The position numbers and the translations under genes were made by a program. Source: a virus. From it: 64,000 nucleotides of DNA. The notes under the pieces are model-generated. The model did no database searches and was not told the origin of the DNA. It saw nothing but the letters and a program-made list of their open reading frames with translations. Positions 12,101 through 20,350 of this stretch are shown piece by piece; positions within the stretch are counted from its first letter, which is position 1, and every line of letters begins with the position of its first letter. The DNA is taken from positions 32,001 to 96,000 of the IMG/VR virus record IMGVR_UViG_3300025276_000024; one strand, 5' to 3'.

Positions 12101-12297
12101 AATCTATATTTGATACATCATGTAATGGTTATGTAAGACCATTAAATTCCATAAATCTAAATTATAATAAACCACAAACACAACGCAAGAAATTTAGACA
12201 CTACTCTAATAATATTATATTACGTAGAAATGTATCTGGAAATAGAAAGATGTTGCTTAGACTAAATAATACTAAACTTTTACTATCACAAAGATAA
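6109..12297 (+). CDS. Tail stabilisation/muzzle protein with inserted Cys-rich + vWA module
   Basis: N-terminal FNKGMNKD...ARNA and C-terminal WTISYDPKSKAWISFHDW motifs typical of crAss/podovirus tail stabilisation proteins; vWA DVSGS at ~10759. Confidence 0.75.
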   Translation: MAKKKESNPTPTPRNGSSSVNINSFNKGMNKDVAPSFESQQSWWHARNAANNSEDGDLGLIGNEPSNLQCGVIPYTVIGAIHRFGDEWIVYSTDNISSEIGRFDDSECKYTTIVNDPCLNFSTKHLITGAAKENFDCTWEVYWDDANNPSRAFNIDNVPYKKVQITGPLIDGDPCVTFEVIEPKQLNCEEIRLAPLLDTPCVKLTQATDGGMIRNGTYQAFIAYVENEQRVTDYIGVSNLQTIWSHEGGSGSLEITLTNLDQSYFFYELIILRRNQGQTSAKKIGLYSTEQSSINIDFIDEALVAIDLKLIPLRSPAYEKSESMFVVNDWLIRQGPTEQFDFNYQPIANNITTNWVVNQVSSKYYILGGNKLGFMRDEQYAFFIRWIYNTGERSSSYHIPGRAPRDYTLPSGIDKLENEPISGDNTIGTEPLFHVYNTADAISLNISEVQEDDSLVIARGEMGYWESTELYPSNRPDIWGDLCGKPIRHHKMPDESLGGSASPLHISTTTGDLINLIGVEFSNIGRPKYNNGSYIENIVGYEILRGSRQGARSILAKGMFKNMRKYRIPNAENLLGNSQGLYPNYPYNSLQDDVFFFDAGNNPDAEDTLTTGCDNFTQSINAYPPLSGYTKDVFTFSAPDLMFAKPFLNAYETKIYGAIHGKANGSFVPSEDHPQFKLLRPKAATLACVIGIGYALNAVQGTQSKGLNPLQANNLAGAPFVGVVPPVLSVGYPTIGTASGGGLSLFNLLQGLLMDTLLDGVVDMGDLYSGGVLSQLVYQAENTANLIKASVVPGASGGGTTSNTTFDKPEGSLPTLLRAFIGISMAQKNIAIGGNEIIDLFYNLVDEADFVYKYNSVGFYNTFEKVNRNNIFRTKNHDANYLGSSFQTFDGIKYKINNLFRPSTIAVSTVNELDNPPVIDNSRFSLGGYINQNGSTVDFENKYMKNPSGASSIQTNISALYGALKYNFDNQYGQLDGVKQIQMRGCVEPIGGLDKDGNAIPDQFLYTSKPIFSGDVSINRYTEKCIMPIFTNFLKGQPNFYSFDYSLYVNIPYPRFWLNSTKFDISGIAREVATLGLSPGSYADALPTAKYYLDRGYDNCQGGGFFNSLFGGGGDLNPAWNMLYAYMYTHINGINEFFVETEINLAYRDWEDMPSKRFYDPYEFNDLGVLFHPDNIKADNFYKYDDSLSASKFPTQMGSYGQIQPRDYDPYVAANCYISYPKRLIYSLQAQEESKRDYWRVFLNNNYKDFKNEVSIIKPINKSGAIIFFPYLSPQMFQGLDTLKTETDTKLTIGDGGLFSQPFQNIANADISNEYGSCESLRGVINTPMGLFFISQQQGKIFQYAGKGLDPISNNGMKWWFNKYLPSRFIRQFPASENSQWTDNPVAGVGCQVMYDSVDDVVYFMKKDYQLKPQFIASATFRDAPTKPVTITISSKLAGSDTRIPIDIGDPLYFDDCSWTISYDPKSKAWISFHDWHPELALPSINHFFTTKTIETTIPQCPPGYNFNPITGLCEIGVNTSELADVIIDQIASTVSGGPTACKLDLVISMDVSGSTISFGRRQAQQAFMTILLNDPQVVNLMSNSQMQVGFCTWDSSSTTFNIPNGGSTVTMSHLVTENQATTFMNNNWTNGSTSVALGLQTGFNILSNVSNSTLGDRTADADYRAIQILITDTTDAAGTNAGQNYTSQGTGTAPSYMSVYAMYCGASSSIPPTAGVLNDISMTSGPVNVDPYQWGINASDSSTSQAVASAIAGAVCGTDYVCDCPSGYTKVFFDPTTATYTASSGECDDSDRAPVCRKVTCDCPISTVPGSVVTQSGACPTGADIYNLDGTGNWTDPNPLVCNYFYFDQIAANYRVGGFWRHNVRCDSFVNYYGEDYPWEIDLISNTGQAVNTIRSFEYQLETYVYKGDPQYNMCGGDKWEDLDYNFDASIIYNNDQVSGLLVLNTQPVNNPWGNLTYPIVGFNNIDILVSKVEHKFRFNQFWDITNDRGEFTNVEQSIFDTSCNGYVRPLNSINLNYNKPQTQRKKFRHYSNNIILRRNVSGNRKMLLRLNNTKLLLSQR

Positions 12298-15200
12298 TGG
12301 GAAATAAAAAAAGCACAGGACTACCAGGAGGACCAAATGAATTTCTAAAAGATATTACACAACATATATCTGTAGATGGTTATAAACGTTATAGTGAAGA
12401 TGTAAACAATCCTTATAATGTTATTGAGTCAGGTAATATAACTATGGAAGATGTAGATTTTCCTGTTATGGGAACAGATAACTTAGGTAATAGTCAAATG
12501 ATGACACCTGGTAATAACTATCAGTTTCCAGGTGACAAAGTGTTTGAAATACCCATGGCTCAATATGGTATTAAAAATCAATACCCACTTCCAAAGAGAA
12601 ACGGTATTAGAGAGAACTATGATGCAGAAGGAAATGTCAATGGTGAGTCTTCTCATATAATGAGAACAGAAACTTTAGATGAAGTTAATTGGTTTTCTTT
12701 TCCTACTTTATTTCAAGATGAAGATGGTACTTGGGTTGACATGTCTAAAGAGGCAGAAAAAGACTGGAGACCTGCATATGAAGAAGCCAAAAGAAGAGGA
12801 GAAGTTATAGAGTTTGGTGAAGATAAAGATGCTGCTTTTAAATTTGGAGAAGGTTCTTGGAAACCTAAAATGAAACGTGGAGGTGGTTTACTAAATAAAA
12901 CCATGTCTTGTAATAGCTGTGGTTGGGAATGGAAAGCAGCAGATGGTGGAGCTGATGTATCTACATGTCACAAGTGTGGTGGGAGCGCATTACCTAAAGC
13001 TCAGTTTGGAAACAATGGAGAACAAACATTTTTACAAGCTATTACTAATCCAATTAGAAAAGCAGTGGCTGATAATATTTATCCTTATACTTATATGGAT
13101 CCGGTTGATAGGTTTTGGAATGCAATGAAAGGTGATAAAAATACTCATGATAATAGAAGTGATAATGCTAATGAAAACCCTGCATGGATGAATGAGAGGA
13201 CAGATCTTCTAAATTTATATATGGGTCAACCTCAAAAACATAATACAATAGAAGAGTCTCTTTATAAACCAACTAAGTCTAAAAATCCAGATGCAACTTA
13301 TTATACTTCTAAACAAACTGAAAAATCACTTATAAAGATGCTTCAGCGTAATGGGTGGAATGATTTTGATACATTAAAGAATTTTGGTGGGGTTTTAGGT
13401 CAGTTTAAAGTAGACAAAGGTGAAGATGAAAAAGGTAAGTATATATCATACTATGATGTGTGGGATGTAGAACCTTTAGATAATGTATTGTCAAAAGACA
13501 TGCAAAGCAAATTTGGAGTAAATGCTCCTGAAATATATGGTAGAATATATATAGATGATGTAAAAGATGTTCCAGCATACAGTAAAACTTTTGAAAGAAG
13601 TAAATTACCTGAAGGTCAGTACGGTGGCCGTTTTATGCAAGATGCTGGAGAAACTGAATTTGAAGATAATATCCAAACTGTACAATTACCTGAAGTAACA
13701 GTAACTGGAAATAAAGAAAAAAAAGGTTTTGATTGGAAGAATTTACTTAACAATACACTAAACCCTTTATATATTGCAGATAATGCATTACAGCTTTTAG
13801 GTACACCTGCTAATTTAGTTAGAGAAAGTATAGAAGGTATTAGTGGTAAAGGTGATGGTAAATTTAATTGGGGTAACATAGTACCTGATGTATATGGTAC
13901 TACTATACTTGATGATGATGCTAAACAAAAATCAGTATCACAAACTTTAGGTGTAGATAATTTTTGGGGAGGATTGGCACTTGACATGCTAACAGATCCT
14001 ACTACATATATTGGTGCAGGTATAGTAAAAAATCTTGTAAAAACTGGAGGTAAAAAAACAATACCTTCTGTATTAAAAGCTATTAAAGCTCCAATTAAAA
14101 AACAACTTAAAAAAATACCAAGAAAAGTAAACACACCTATTGTAGGTACAGACATGGTAATGACTACTAATTCTAAAATAGGTGAACTTGTTGATAAAAC
14201 AGGTATACCAAAAATGTTTTGGCCTAAAGGTTTTAACTACGGACCTGATGAATTTGGTAGAAGGTTTGTTGCAAGTGCAACTAATGAAAGTGGAGATATT
14301 GTTGATTTATCTAAATATACTGATGAAGTAGGTGATTATTTTTCTTTTGACAATGCCTTTGTAAAAAACCCTTTTACTGCTGGAAGAACAATGAATGCTA
14401 TGGAAGAGCTTGTACCTAAGTATGGTATTATGAAACAAAACACTTTAACAGGTTCATTAAGTGAAGATTCATTTAGTATGGCGTTAAACCGTTTAAGGAA
14501 CCCAAAGAAATTTTCAGATGCAACAGACTATGGACAAACCACTTTCTTAAATAGATCTGGTACTAATAGAACTATTGCAGACGGACCTGCAAGTAATTTT
14601 TTAAAAGATAAAGGTTTATTTGATGCTAGTGAAGTTAAAGCATTAGAACTTAAGTATGGTAAAATATTTGAACGCTTACAAAATAAAGGATTGTTAAATG
14701 ATGAGTTCCGTGGTTTAGGAATTAGAGGTGTAAAGTTAGATGGGTTAGCAGATGAAGTTTATCAAGTAGGTGTACCAAATATAGCATTGCAAAAACTATT
14801 TCAAGATGGTGGTGGTATAAGCCCTGATGTTTTATATAAGCAAGCGTTTATTGAATCTAGCTTAGATCCAAATGCAGCAAATGAAAAAGGATACAAAGGT
14901 TTAGGACAAATAGGTAGTGATATAATTGAAGATTATAAAAAAGCAACAGGTGTAGAGGAAGTAGATCCATTTAATCCTAAACAAAATAGTGATATACAAA
15001 AATGGTCAATGAATGAATTATATAACTCTTCATTTATAAATAAAGAAGGCCAGTTAGATTCTGTTAGATTAGCTAAAACATTAGCATCTTACAATTGGGG
15101 TAGAGGTAATGTTAGATCCTTATTAAATGAATTAAAAGAAGAAGGTGTAGATATATATAACTCAAGTGATTGGACATCCAGATTACCAAGGGAAACACGG

Positions 15201-17576
15201 GAATATATAGATATGATTCTTAACAATGCAGATACTGAAGGAAGACCTGATGTACAGGAAAATTTTAATAAAGTAAATACAGATGAAAAATATAAACAAT
15301 ATAAAGATTTATATACAATGCAATATGGAGGAGAAGACTTCCAACCTTATGATACTTCATTAATACCTGAATTTGCACCAGTTAATGAAGTAGATAAATA
15401 TATTGGTCCTTATAAAAGTGATTATACTCCAGTAGAAGGAGAATATGGTTATGACCCAACTAAAGAAGTAAAAACTAAACCTAATAGTAGAACATATAAA
15501 GTAGAAGCTGGAGATAACTTAACAAGAATAGCAGAAAAATATGATACTACAGTAGATGAAATTGTAACTCTAAATAATATTGACAACCCAAGTCAGATAA
15601 ATATTAATCAAGAAATTATTTTACCTGAGAGTAAAACTAAGTTTGCTGTTTATAATGTTAAGGCAGGAGATACATTAGGTAGAATAGCTAAAACATTTGG
15701 TACATCTACTAGAAAATTAAAAGAAGCTAACTCTCTTAGAGATATTAATAAAATTAATGTTAATCAACAATTAAAAATACCTCAAGAATCATATGAGCAA
15801 TTAGATGAAGTTAAAGAAAGTTGGATTGATGTAGATGTTTTAGATCAAGATAGAATGATCATTAATAGTGATGGATCAGATGAAGATATTATTAAAAAAT
15901 CACAATTAGTTAATGACCCTAATTCTCCTTATGTTATAGTAAATAAAAAAACAAAACGTTTAGAAGTTTGGAGAGGTGGTAAATCTATACTAGACTTTGA
16001 AGTACTAACTGGTGCTAATGAAGGTGACGCACAAACAGTAACTAAAATGTGGGATCTTAATGGTGATGGTATAATTACTGATGAGGATAAAAGAAATGGT
16101 AAATGGATACCTAATTGGGCTGCAGGAAATAAAAATACTGGGGCAGGTAAATTTTATATAAATGCTAGTTATGAAGACTCACCTAATAAATATGGTGGTA
16201 AAGGTGTACCTTCTTTTAATTTATTTACTGATGGTACTGACATAGATGTAGCAACAGCAATACATGGGCCTACTGCAAATAGAACTGGATTATTTGATGA
16301 TAATAATTTAGAAAACAATAAAGCAAGTAATGGATGTATAAATGGTCAATGTACTGATATGCAAGCATTATATGATTTAGATTTACCTAAAGGTACTTCA
16401 GTATATATTTTACCAGAAGATGAAGGTAATCAATTCCAATGGGTAGATGGTGAAGCGGTTATGAGAATGTCAGGTGAAAATAGAAAGAAGTATGGTTCAT
16501 CATATTTAGATTCACAGGGTAATAAACAAACAAGTCAAGGTTCTAACTATGCTACAAACACATTAAACTATAAACCAATTAGACCTGTATTTAATACAGA
16601 ACTCTTTGAAAAAGAAGTATATAATGAATCACGTATTGGAGATTATTTTACTTCTGATACTAGTGACAAACAAGAATTTGAAACAACAACAAAGCCCTTT
16701 ATAAATGCTTTGGTTGCAAACAAACAAAAAATCATGGTTACTGCTAGTATACCTAGTGATGTATATAATGATATAGCTAGAATAGCTTTTGGTATATATG
16801 GTAACGAATCTAAATTTGGTGATACACACAGTGGTTCTGGAAATCTTTTAAGAGGAGCTCAGAAAAAAGTAGCTGATATGAATAAAAAAGGTGAGTTACC
16901 TGTTATAGGATCTACATCTATGTTACCTACTGTAACTTCTTCACCAGATGTATTTAAAAAATATGATGGATATTCATTAGATAACATTACAAGTGCTGAG
17001 CCTTTCTATGAAATAAATGCAAGAGGAAATGATAACAGTGTTGGTCTAACACAATTAAGATGGTCTAATGTAGCTAATGAAGGTCTCACTAATGAAGAAA
17101 TAATTGCAGGTAAAGAATCTGATTTACTTAAACAGTTTTATGAGTTTGATATAAAATCAAATAAAGATTTATTAGATCCTGAAAAAGCAGCAATAGCAAC
17201 AGTTCTTAGATTGGCTTTTTTAGCTAATAATAGGAAGGGTGTAGATAGAAACAATTTATTTGAAACATTACCTAGACACTGGGGAGGGTCTAGTAAAGAT
17301 GGTGGTAAAACATATACTACCAATGTTATGAATAATGCTAAATATTTAAAATTTCAACAACTAGATAAGTATTTGCCTGGGTTTAAAAGAGGTGGAGAAA
17401 AACAAGATCTAGAAATGTACAAAGGTTATATGGAAGGTCTATATGATGGTACAGAAAAAGAAGTTGAAGCAAAGAATTTATATGATAAGCTTAATAGGCT
17501 TCATTATAATGATGCTAAAACCCTAGGTAACATGAGTCCTCCTAATTATATTATGACTCATTTGTATAAACCTTAA
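12297..17576 (+). CDS. Multidomain virion cell-wall enzyme: Zn-finger, SLT lytic transglycosylase, 2x LysM, YkuD-type L,D-transpeptidase, second lysozyme-like domain
   Basis: CNSC..CHKC; IES..GLGQ..SYNWG..PRETREY (SLT); YKVEAGDNL and YNVKAGDTL (LysM); IHG..SNGCIN (YkuD); GNES..VGLTQ..LLDPE (second lysozyme-like fold). Confidence 0.8.
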   Translation: MGNKKSTGLPGGPNEFLKDITQHISVDGYKRYSEDVNNPYNVIESGNITMEDVDFPVMGTDNLGNSQMMTPGNNYQFPGDKVFEIPMAQYGIKNQYPLPKRNGIRENYDAEGNVNGESSHIMRTETLDEVNWFSFPTLFQDEDGTWVDMSKEAEKDWRPAYEEAKRRGEVIEFGEDKDAAFKFGEGSWKPKMKRGGGLLNKTMSCNSCGWEWKAADGGADVSTCHKCGGSALPKAQFGNNGEQTFLQAITNPIRKAVADNIYPYTYMDPVDRFWNAMKGDKNTHDNRSDNANENPAWMNERTDLLNLYMGQPQKHNTIEESLYKPTKSKNPDATYYTSKQTEKSLIKMLQRNGWNDFDTLKNFGGVLGQFKVDKGEDEKGKYISYYDVWDVEPLDNVLSKDMQSKFGVNAPEIYGRIYIDDVKDVPAYSKTFERSKLPEGQYGGRFMQDAGETEFEDNIQTVQLPEVTVTGNKEKKGFDWKNLLNNTLNPLYIADNALQLLGTPANLVRESIEGISGKGDGKFNWGNIVPDVYGTTILDDDAKQKSVSQTLGVDNFWGGLALDMLTDPTTYIGAGIVKNLVKTGGKKTIPSVLKAIKAPIKKQLKKIPRKVNTPIVGTDMVMTTNSKIGELVDKTGIPKMFWPKGFNYGPDEFGRRFVASATNESGDIVDLSKYTDEVGDYFSFDNAFVKNPFTAGRTMNAMEELVPKYGIMKQNTLTGSLSEDSFSMALNRLRNPKKFSDATDYGQTTFLNRSGTNRTIADGPASNFLKDKGLFDASEVKALELKYGKIFERLQNKGLLNDEFRGLGIRGVKLDGLADEVYQVGVPNIALQKLFQDGGGISPDVLYKQAFIESSLDPNAANEKGYKGLGQIGSDIIEDYKKATGVEEVDPFNPKQNSDIQKWSMNELYNSSFINKEGQLDSVRLAKTLASYNWGRGNVRSLLNELKEEGVDIYNSSDWTSRLPRETREYIDMILNNADTEGRPDVQENFNKVNTDEKYKQYKDLYTMQYGGEDFQPYDTSLIPEFAPVNEVDKYIGPYKSDYTPVEGEYGYDPTKEVKTKPNSRTYKVEAGDNLTRIAEKYDTTVDEIVTLNNIDNPSQININQEIILPESKTKFAVYNVKAGDTLGRIAKTFGTSTRKLKEANSLRDINKINVNQQLKIPQESYEQLDEVKESWIDVDVLDQDRMIINSDGSDEDIIKKSQLVNDPNSPYVIVNKKTKRLEVWRGGKSILDFEVLTGANEGDAQTVTKMWDLNGDGIITDEDKRNGKWIPNWAAGNKNTGAGKFYINASYEDSPNKYGGKGVPSFNLFTDGTDIDVATAIHGPTANRTGLFDDNNLENNKASNGCINGQCTDMQALYDLDLPKGTSVYILPEDEGNQFQWVDGEAVMRMSGENRKKYGSSYLDSQGNKQTSQGSNYATNTLNYKPIRPVFNTELFEKEVYNESRIGDYFTSDTSDKQEFETTTKPFINALVANKQKIMVTASIPSDVYNDIARIAFGIYGNESKFGDTHSGSGNLLRGAQKKVADMNKKGELPVIGSTSMLPTVTSSPDVFKKYDGYSLDNITSAEPFYEINARGNDNSVGLTQLRWSNVANEGLTNEEIIAGKESDLLKQFYEFDIKSNKDLLDPEKAAIATVLRLAFLANNRKGVDRNNLFETLPRHWGGSSKDGGKTYTTNVMNNAKYLKFQQLDKYLPGFKRGGEKQDLEMYKGYMEGLYDGTEKEVEAKNLYDKLNRLHYNDAKTLGNMSPPNYIMTHLYKP

Positions 17577-17606
17577 ACCCTAAAGATTAGTGAATCTCCC
17601 TAATTA

Positions 17607-17626
17607 TTTGTATATTAATAATATAA
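17607..17626 (+). promoter_or_regulatory. Candidate phage late-promoter motif (copy 2)
   Basis: TTTGTATATTAATAATATAA, 10 nt before the GTG start. Confidence 0.55.
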
Positions 17627-17636
17627 TTATATCAAC

Positions 17637-20348
17637 GTGGATTTAAACAAAATAAGTGTAAAACAGCAAGGTGGACAAATGATTCCAGGTGAACCTGGTA
17701 TGCAATCACAACAACCTATGCATCAAATGCCTGATGGTTCAATGATGCCGGGTGCAACACATGGTGAACAACCTATGATGGGAGCTCAAGAGGAAATTGA
17801 CCCTCAAGTAATGCAAATTACAGAATTATTTAACACATCAATTCAAGAAGGTAATAAACCACATGATGTAGTTATATCTTTGATTGAACAACAAGTAGAT
17901 CAAAATCTTATAGGTCAAGCCCTTATGCAACTTGGTATGGAACAAGAAGCAATTGTGCAATTGTTTCAGGAAGTACAACAAATGCAACAACCTCAAGAAC
18001 CATCAGCTGAGCAGATCAATAATAATCCACAACAGATTTCAAGGGCAGAAGCTATACAAGAAGAAGCTCCAGGTATGGACATGAATATAACTTCTATAGA
18101 TCAAGCTAAGTCTGGTATAGAAATTAAGCCAGAGAACAAGGGAAAGTTTACTAGATGGGCTAAAGCCCGTGGTATGACCGTTCCTGAAGCTGCTAAGAAG
18201 GTTATGTCAAATACTAAGGCTTACCCACCATCTGTAGTTAAGATGGCTAATTTTGCAAAGAATGCAGCAACTTTTAAAAAACAAGAGGGTGGAGCAACAG
18301 ACTATACAGAAGGGGTAAGACAAAGAGAAGGTTCTTATAATCCTCCTAATAGAAAGTATACTTTAGATCCAAGATTTAAAGCACAGACAGGTACAGAAAC
18401 TTCTACAGCTAATACAGGAACACAGGGTCAGGAGAATCTCAACATGATGAATGCTATTACAGCAGGGAAAGTAAATTTTACTGACACAAGTAAACCTAAA
18501 CCAAAAGGACCAGGTTTTATTGAGGGTTTAGAAAATGAAGGTATTCTAGAGCCAGGACCAATGTATGTCAATCCTGCTATATATAATCAAGGCAAATTTA
18601 ATTTGGGTAATGCAGCTAATGCTCTACTTGGTGGTTATGAAGATATGTTTAGTGGAAGAGACACAGATGGTGATGGTGTTAAAGATGGTTCATTTAGAGA
18701 TTGGAAAGGCAAAACAATTAAAAATAAAATGAACAAAGTTGCTAATGCAACATATGATTTAGAACTTAATTTAAGTGATGAAAATAAAACTGCTGCCAAA
18801 AATTGGTGGGAACAGTTTAAAATAGAAAACCCTGATGAAACTCAACAAAAAGATTTATTGGGTAATATTATACAAACAGAAACTGAAAAGCAAATCAATA
18901 AGGCAAATGCACCAAGTGGATTATCAGATGTTTCTGCTAAATTAATAGAACAATGGAAAGCTGGTTCTGCTGCTACAAAAGCATATATTGAAAGTATATT
19001 AAAACAACAGGGAAAAACTATACCAGCTGAAGAAGAAGTTGAAGAAGAAGTTGAAGTAGAGGTAGAAAAAGAAGAAGTATTAAGAAATGGTGGTTCATTA
19101 CCAAGAGCTCAGTATAGTTTTCCAGATGGTCCAGGTAGCTATGATGGTAGCTATGGTGGTGGTAAATATACTTTTCCGGATGGGTTTGACTCTAGCACAA
19201 TGGACTTTAGTAATTACTTTAAACAATTTCAAACAACTGATTATAATAGAGATACTCGTAATGCAGCAGATGCTGTTTTACAATCAGCAAATCCTACATT
19301 AGGGCCTACTCCACTACAACAGCAAACCAATCAAATGATGCAGAACTTAGCATCAGGACCACAAAATGTTAGCACTAAGGCAAAAGAAGAAAAAGGATTA
19401 GTAGAAGAAGTAAAACCTGAAACTGCAGAAGATCTTTACAAAAAAATAGATCAAGGAAGTTTAGATGTAAACTATGGTGGTGTTGGTGGATTTATTGATA
19501 GAGTTAAAAATGGCAAAGTTGCAACAGCTTTTGGAGATGTAAGTGATTTTCTTGTAAAAGGTGCAGGTGTAGTTAATGATTATTTTGATGAAGTAGAGCA
19601 AGAAGAAGCTATGCAAGATATGAGAGTTGGTTTGTCTGCTGATAATATATATGGAACTAAGACAGATGCATTTAATAAAAGAGGTACCTTTGATATTAAT
19701 ACTGGGATAATGGGTAGTGAAGGTGATGCTACTACAGGATTATATATGAGCAAAAAAGGTGGGGGTGTTAATAACCCAGGCTTTAAAGCATTGCCACCAG
19801 AAGCGCAACATAACATACTTAAGTTTATGCAAAATGCAGGTGAGATAGTTGAAGTTCCTGCCGAGGAAGAGCAATTAACTGTAGCACAAGATACGTTACA
19901 ACCACTGCCAAAAGAATTTAGAGAAAGTGAACTAGGAAAACAACTTTATAATTTAAGTCAACCATCACAAGAAGAAGTAATGTCTGTATGGGATCAAGCT
20001 AAAAATATTGATTCAATAGGTACCGGTTTAGATTTCTTTTCAGAAGTATCTAAAAAAGATTTACAACGCCTTTTACAAGAAGCTCAAATAGAAAAGCAAG
20101 ATGTAAGAGATTATGTTTATGATCAACCTTTTTATCAAGATGCTAGTGGAGTAAGTAAATTTGGAATTAGATCAGCAATGAAAATTAAAGGATTAAAAAA
20201 AGGGGGAGAAGCTGCGTACTTAGCAAATAGAGATAGAGTTATAAAAAGAGAAATGGCTAAAGCACAAGGTGGTGGTGAAATAGTACAAGTAGATTCAAGA
20301 ATGTTGGCAAAATTAATTGCAGCTGGAGCTGACATAGAAAAATTATAA
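17637..20348 (+). CDS. Putative internal virion/cargo protein, Q/M/E-rich, modular
   Basis: 903 aa, GTG start, low complexity, many xxxGG-type linkers; lies between virion genes. Confidence 0.55.
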   Translation: MDLNKISVKQQGGQMIPGEPGMQSQQPMHQMPDGSMMPGATHGEQPMMGAQEEIDPQVMQITELFNTSIQEGNKPHDVVISLIEQQVDQNLIGQALMQLGMEQEAIVQLFQEVQQMQQPQEPSAEQINNNPQQISRAEAIQEEAPGMDMNITSIDQAKSGIEIKPENKGKFTRWAKARGMTVPEAAKKVMSNTKAYPPSVVKMANFAKNAATFKKQEGGATDYTEGVRQREGSYNPPNRKYTLDPRFKAQTGTETSTANTGTQGQENLNMMNAITAGKVNFTDTSKPKPKGPGFIEGLENEGILEPGPMYVNPAIYNQGKFNLGNAANALLGGYEDMFSGRDTDGDGVKDGSFRDWKGKTIKNKMNKVANATYDLELNLSDENKTAAKNWWEQFKIENPDETQQKDLLGNIIQTETEKQINKANAPSGLSDVSAKLIEQWKAGSAATKAYIESILKQQGKTIPAEEEVEEEVEVEVEKEEVLRNGGSLPRAQYSFPDGPGSYDGSYGGGKYTFPDGFDSSTMDFSNYFKQFQTTDYNRDTRNAADAVLQSANPTLGPTPLQQQTNQMMQNLASGPQNVSTKAKEEKGLVEEVKPETAEDLYKKIDQGSLDVNYGGVGGFIDRVKNGKVATAFGDVSDFLVKGAGVVNDYFDEVEQEEAMQDMRVGLSADNIYGTKTDAFNKRGTFDINTGIMGSEGDATTGLYMSKKGGGVNNPGFKALPPEAQHNILKFMQNAGEIVEVPAEEEQLTVAQDTLQPLPKEFRESELGKQLYNLSQPSQEEVMSVWDQAKNIDSIGTGLDFFSEVSKKDLQRLLQEAQIEKQDVRDYVYDQPFYQDASGVSKFGIRSAMKIKGLKKGGEAAYLANRDRVIKREMAKAQGGGEIVQVDSRMLAKLIAAGADIEKL

Positions 20349-20350
20349 TT

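Noticed and set aside
19029-19080. GAAGAAGAAGTT tandem repeat
   Set aside because: Simply encodes an E/V-rich linker in the 903-aa protein.
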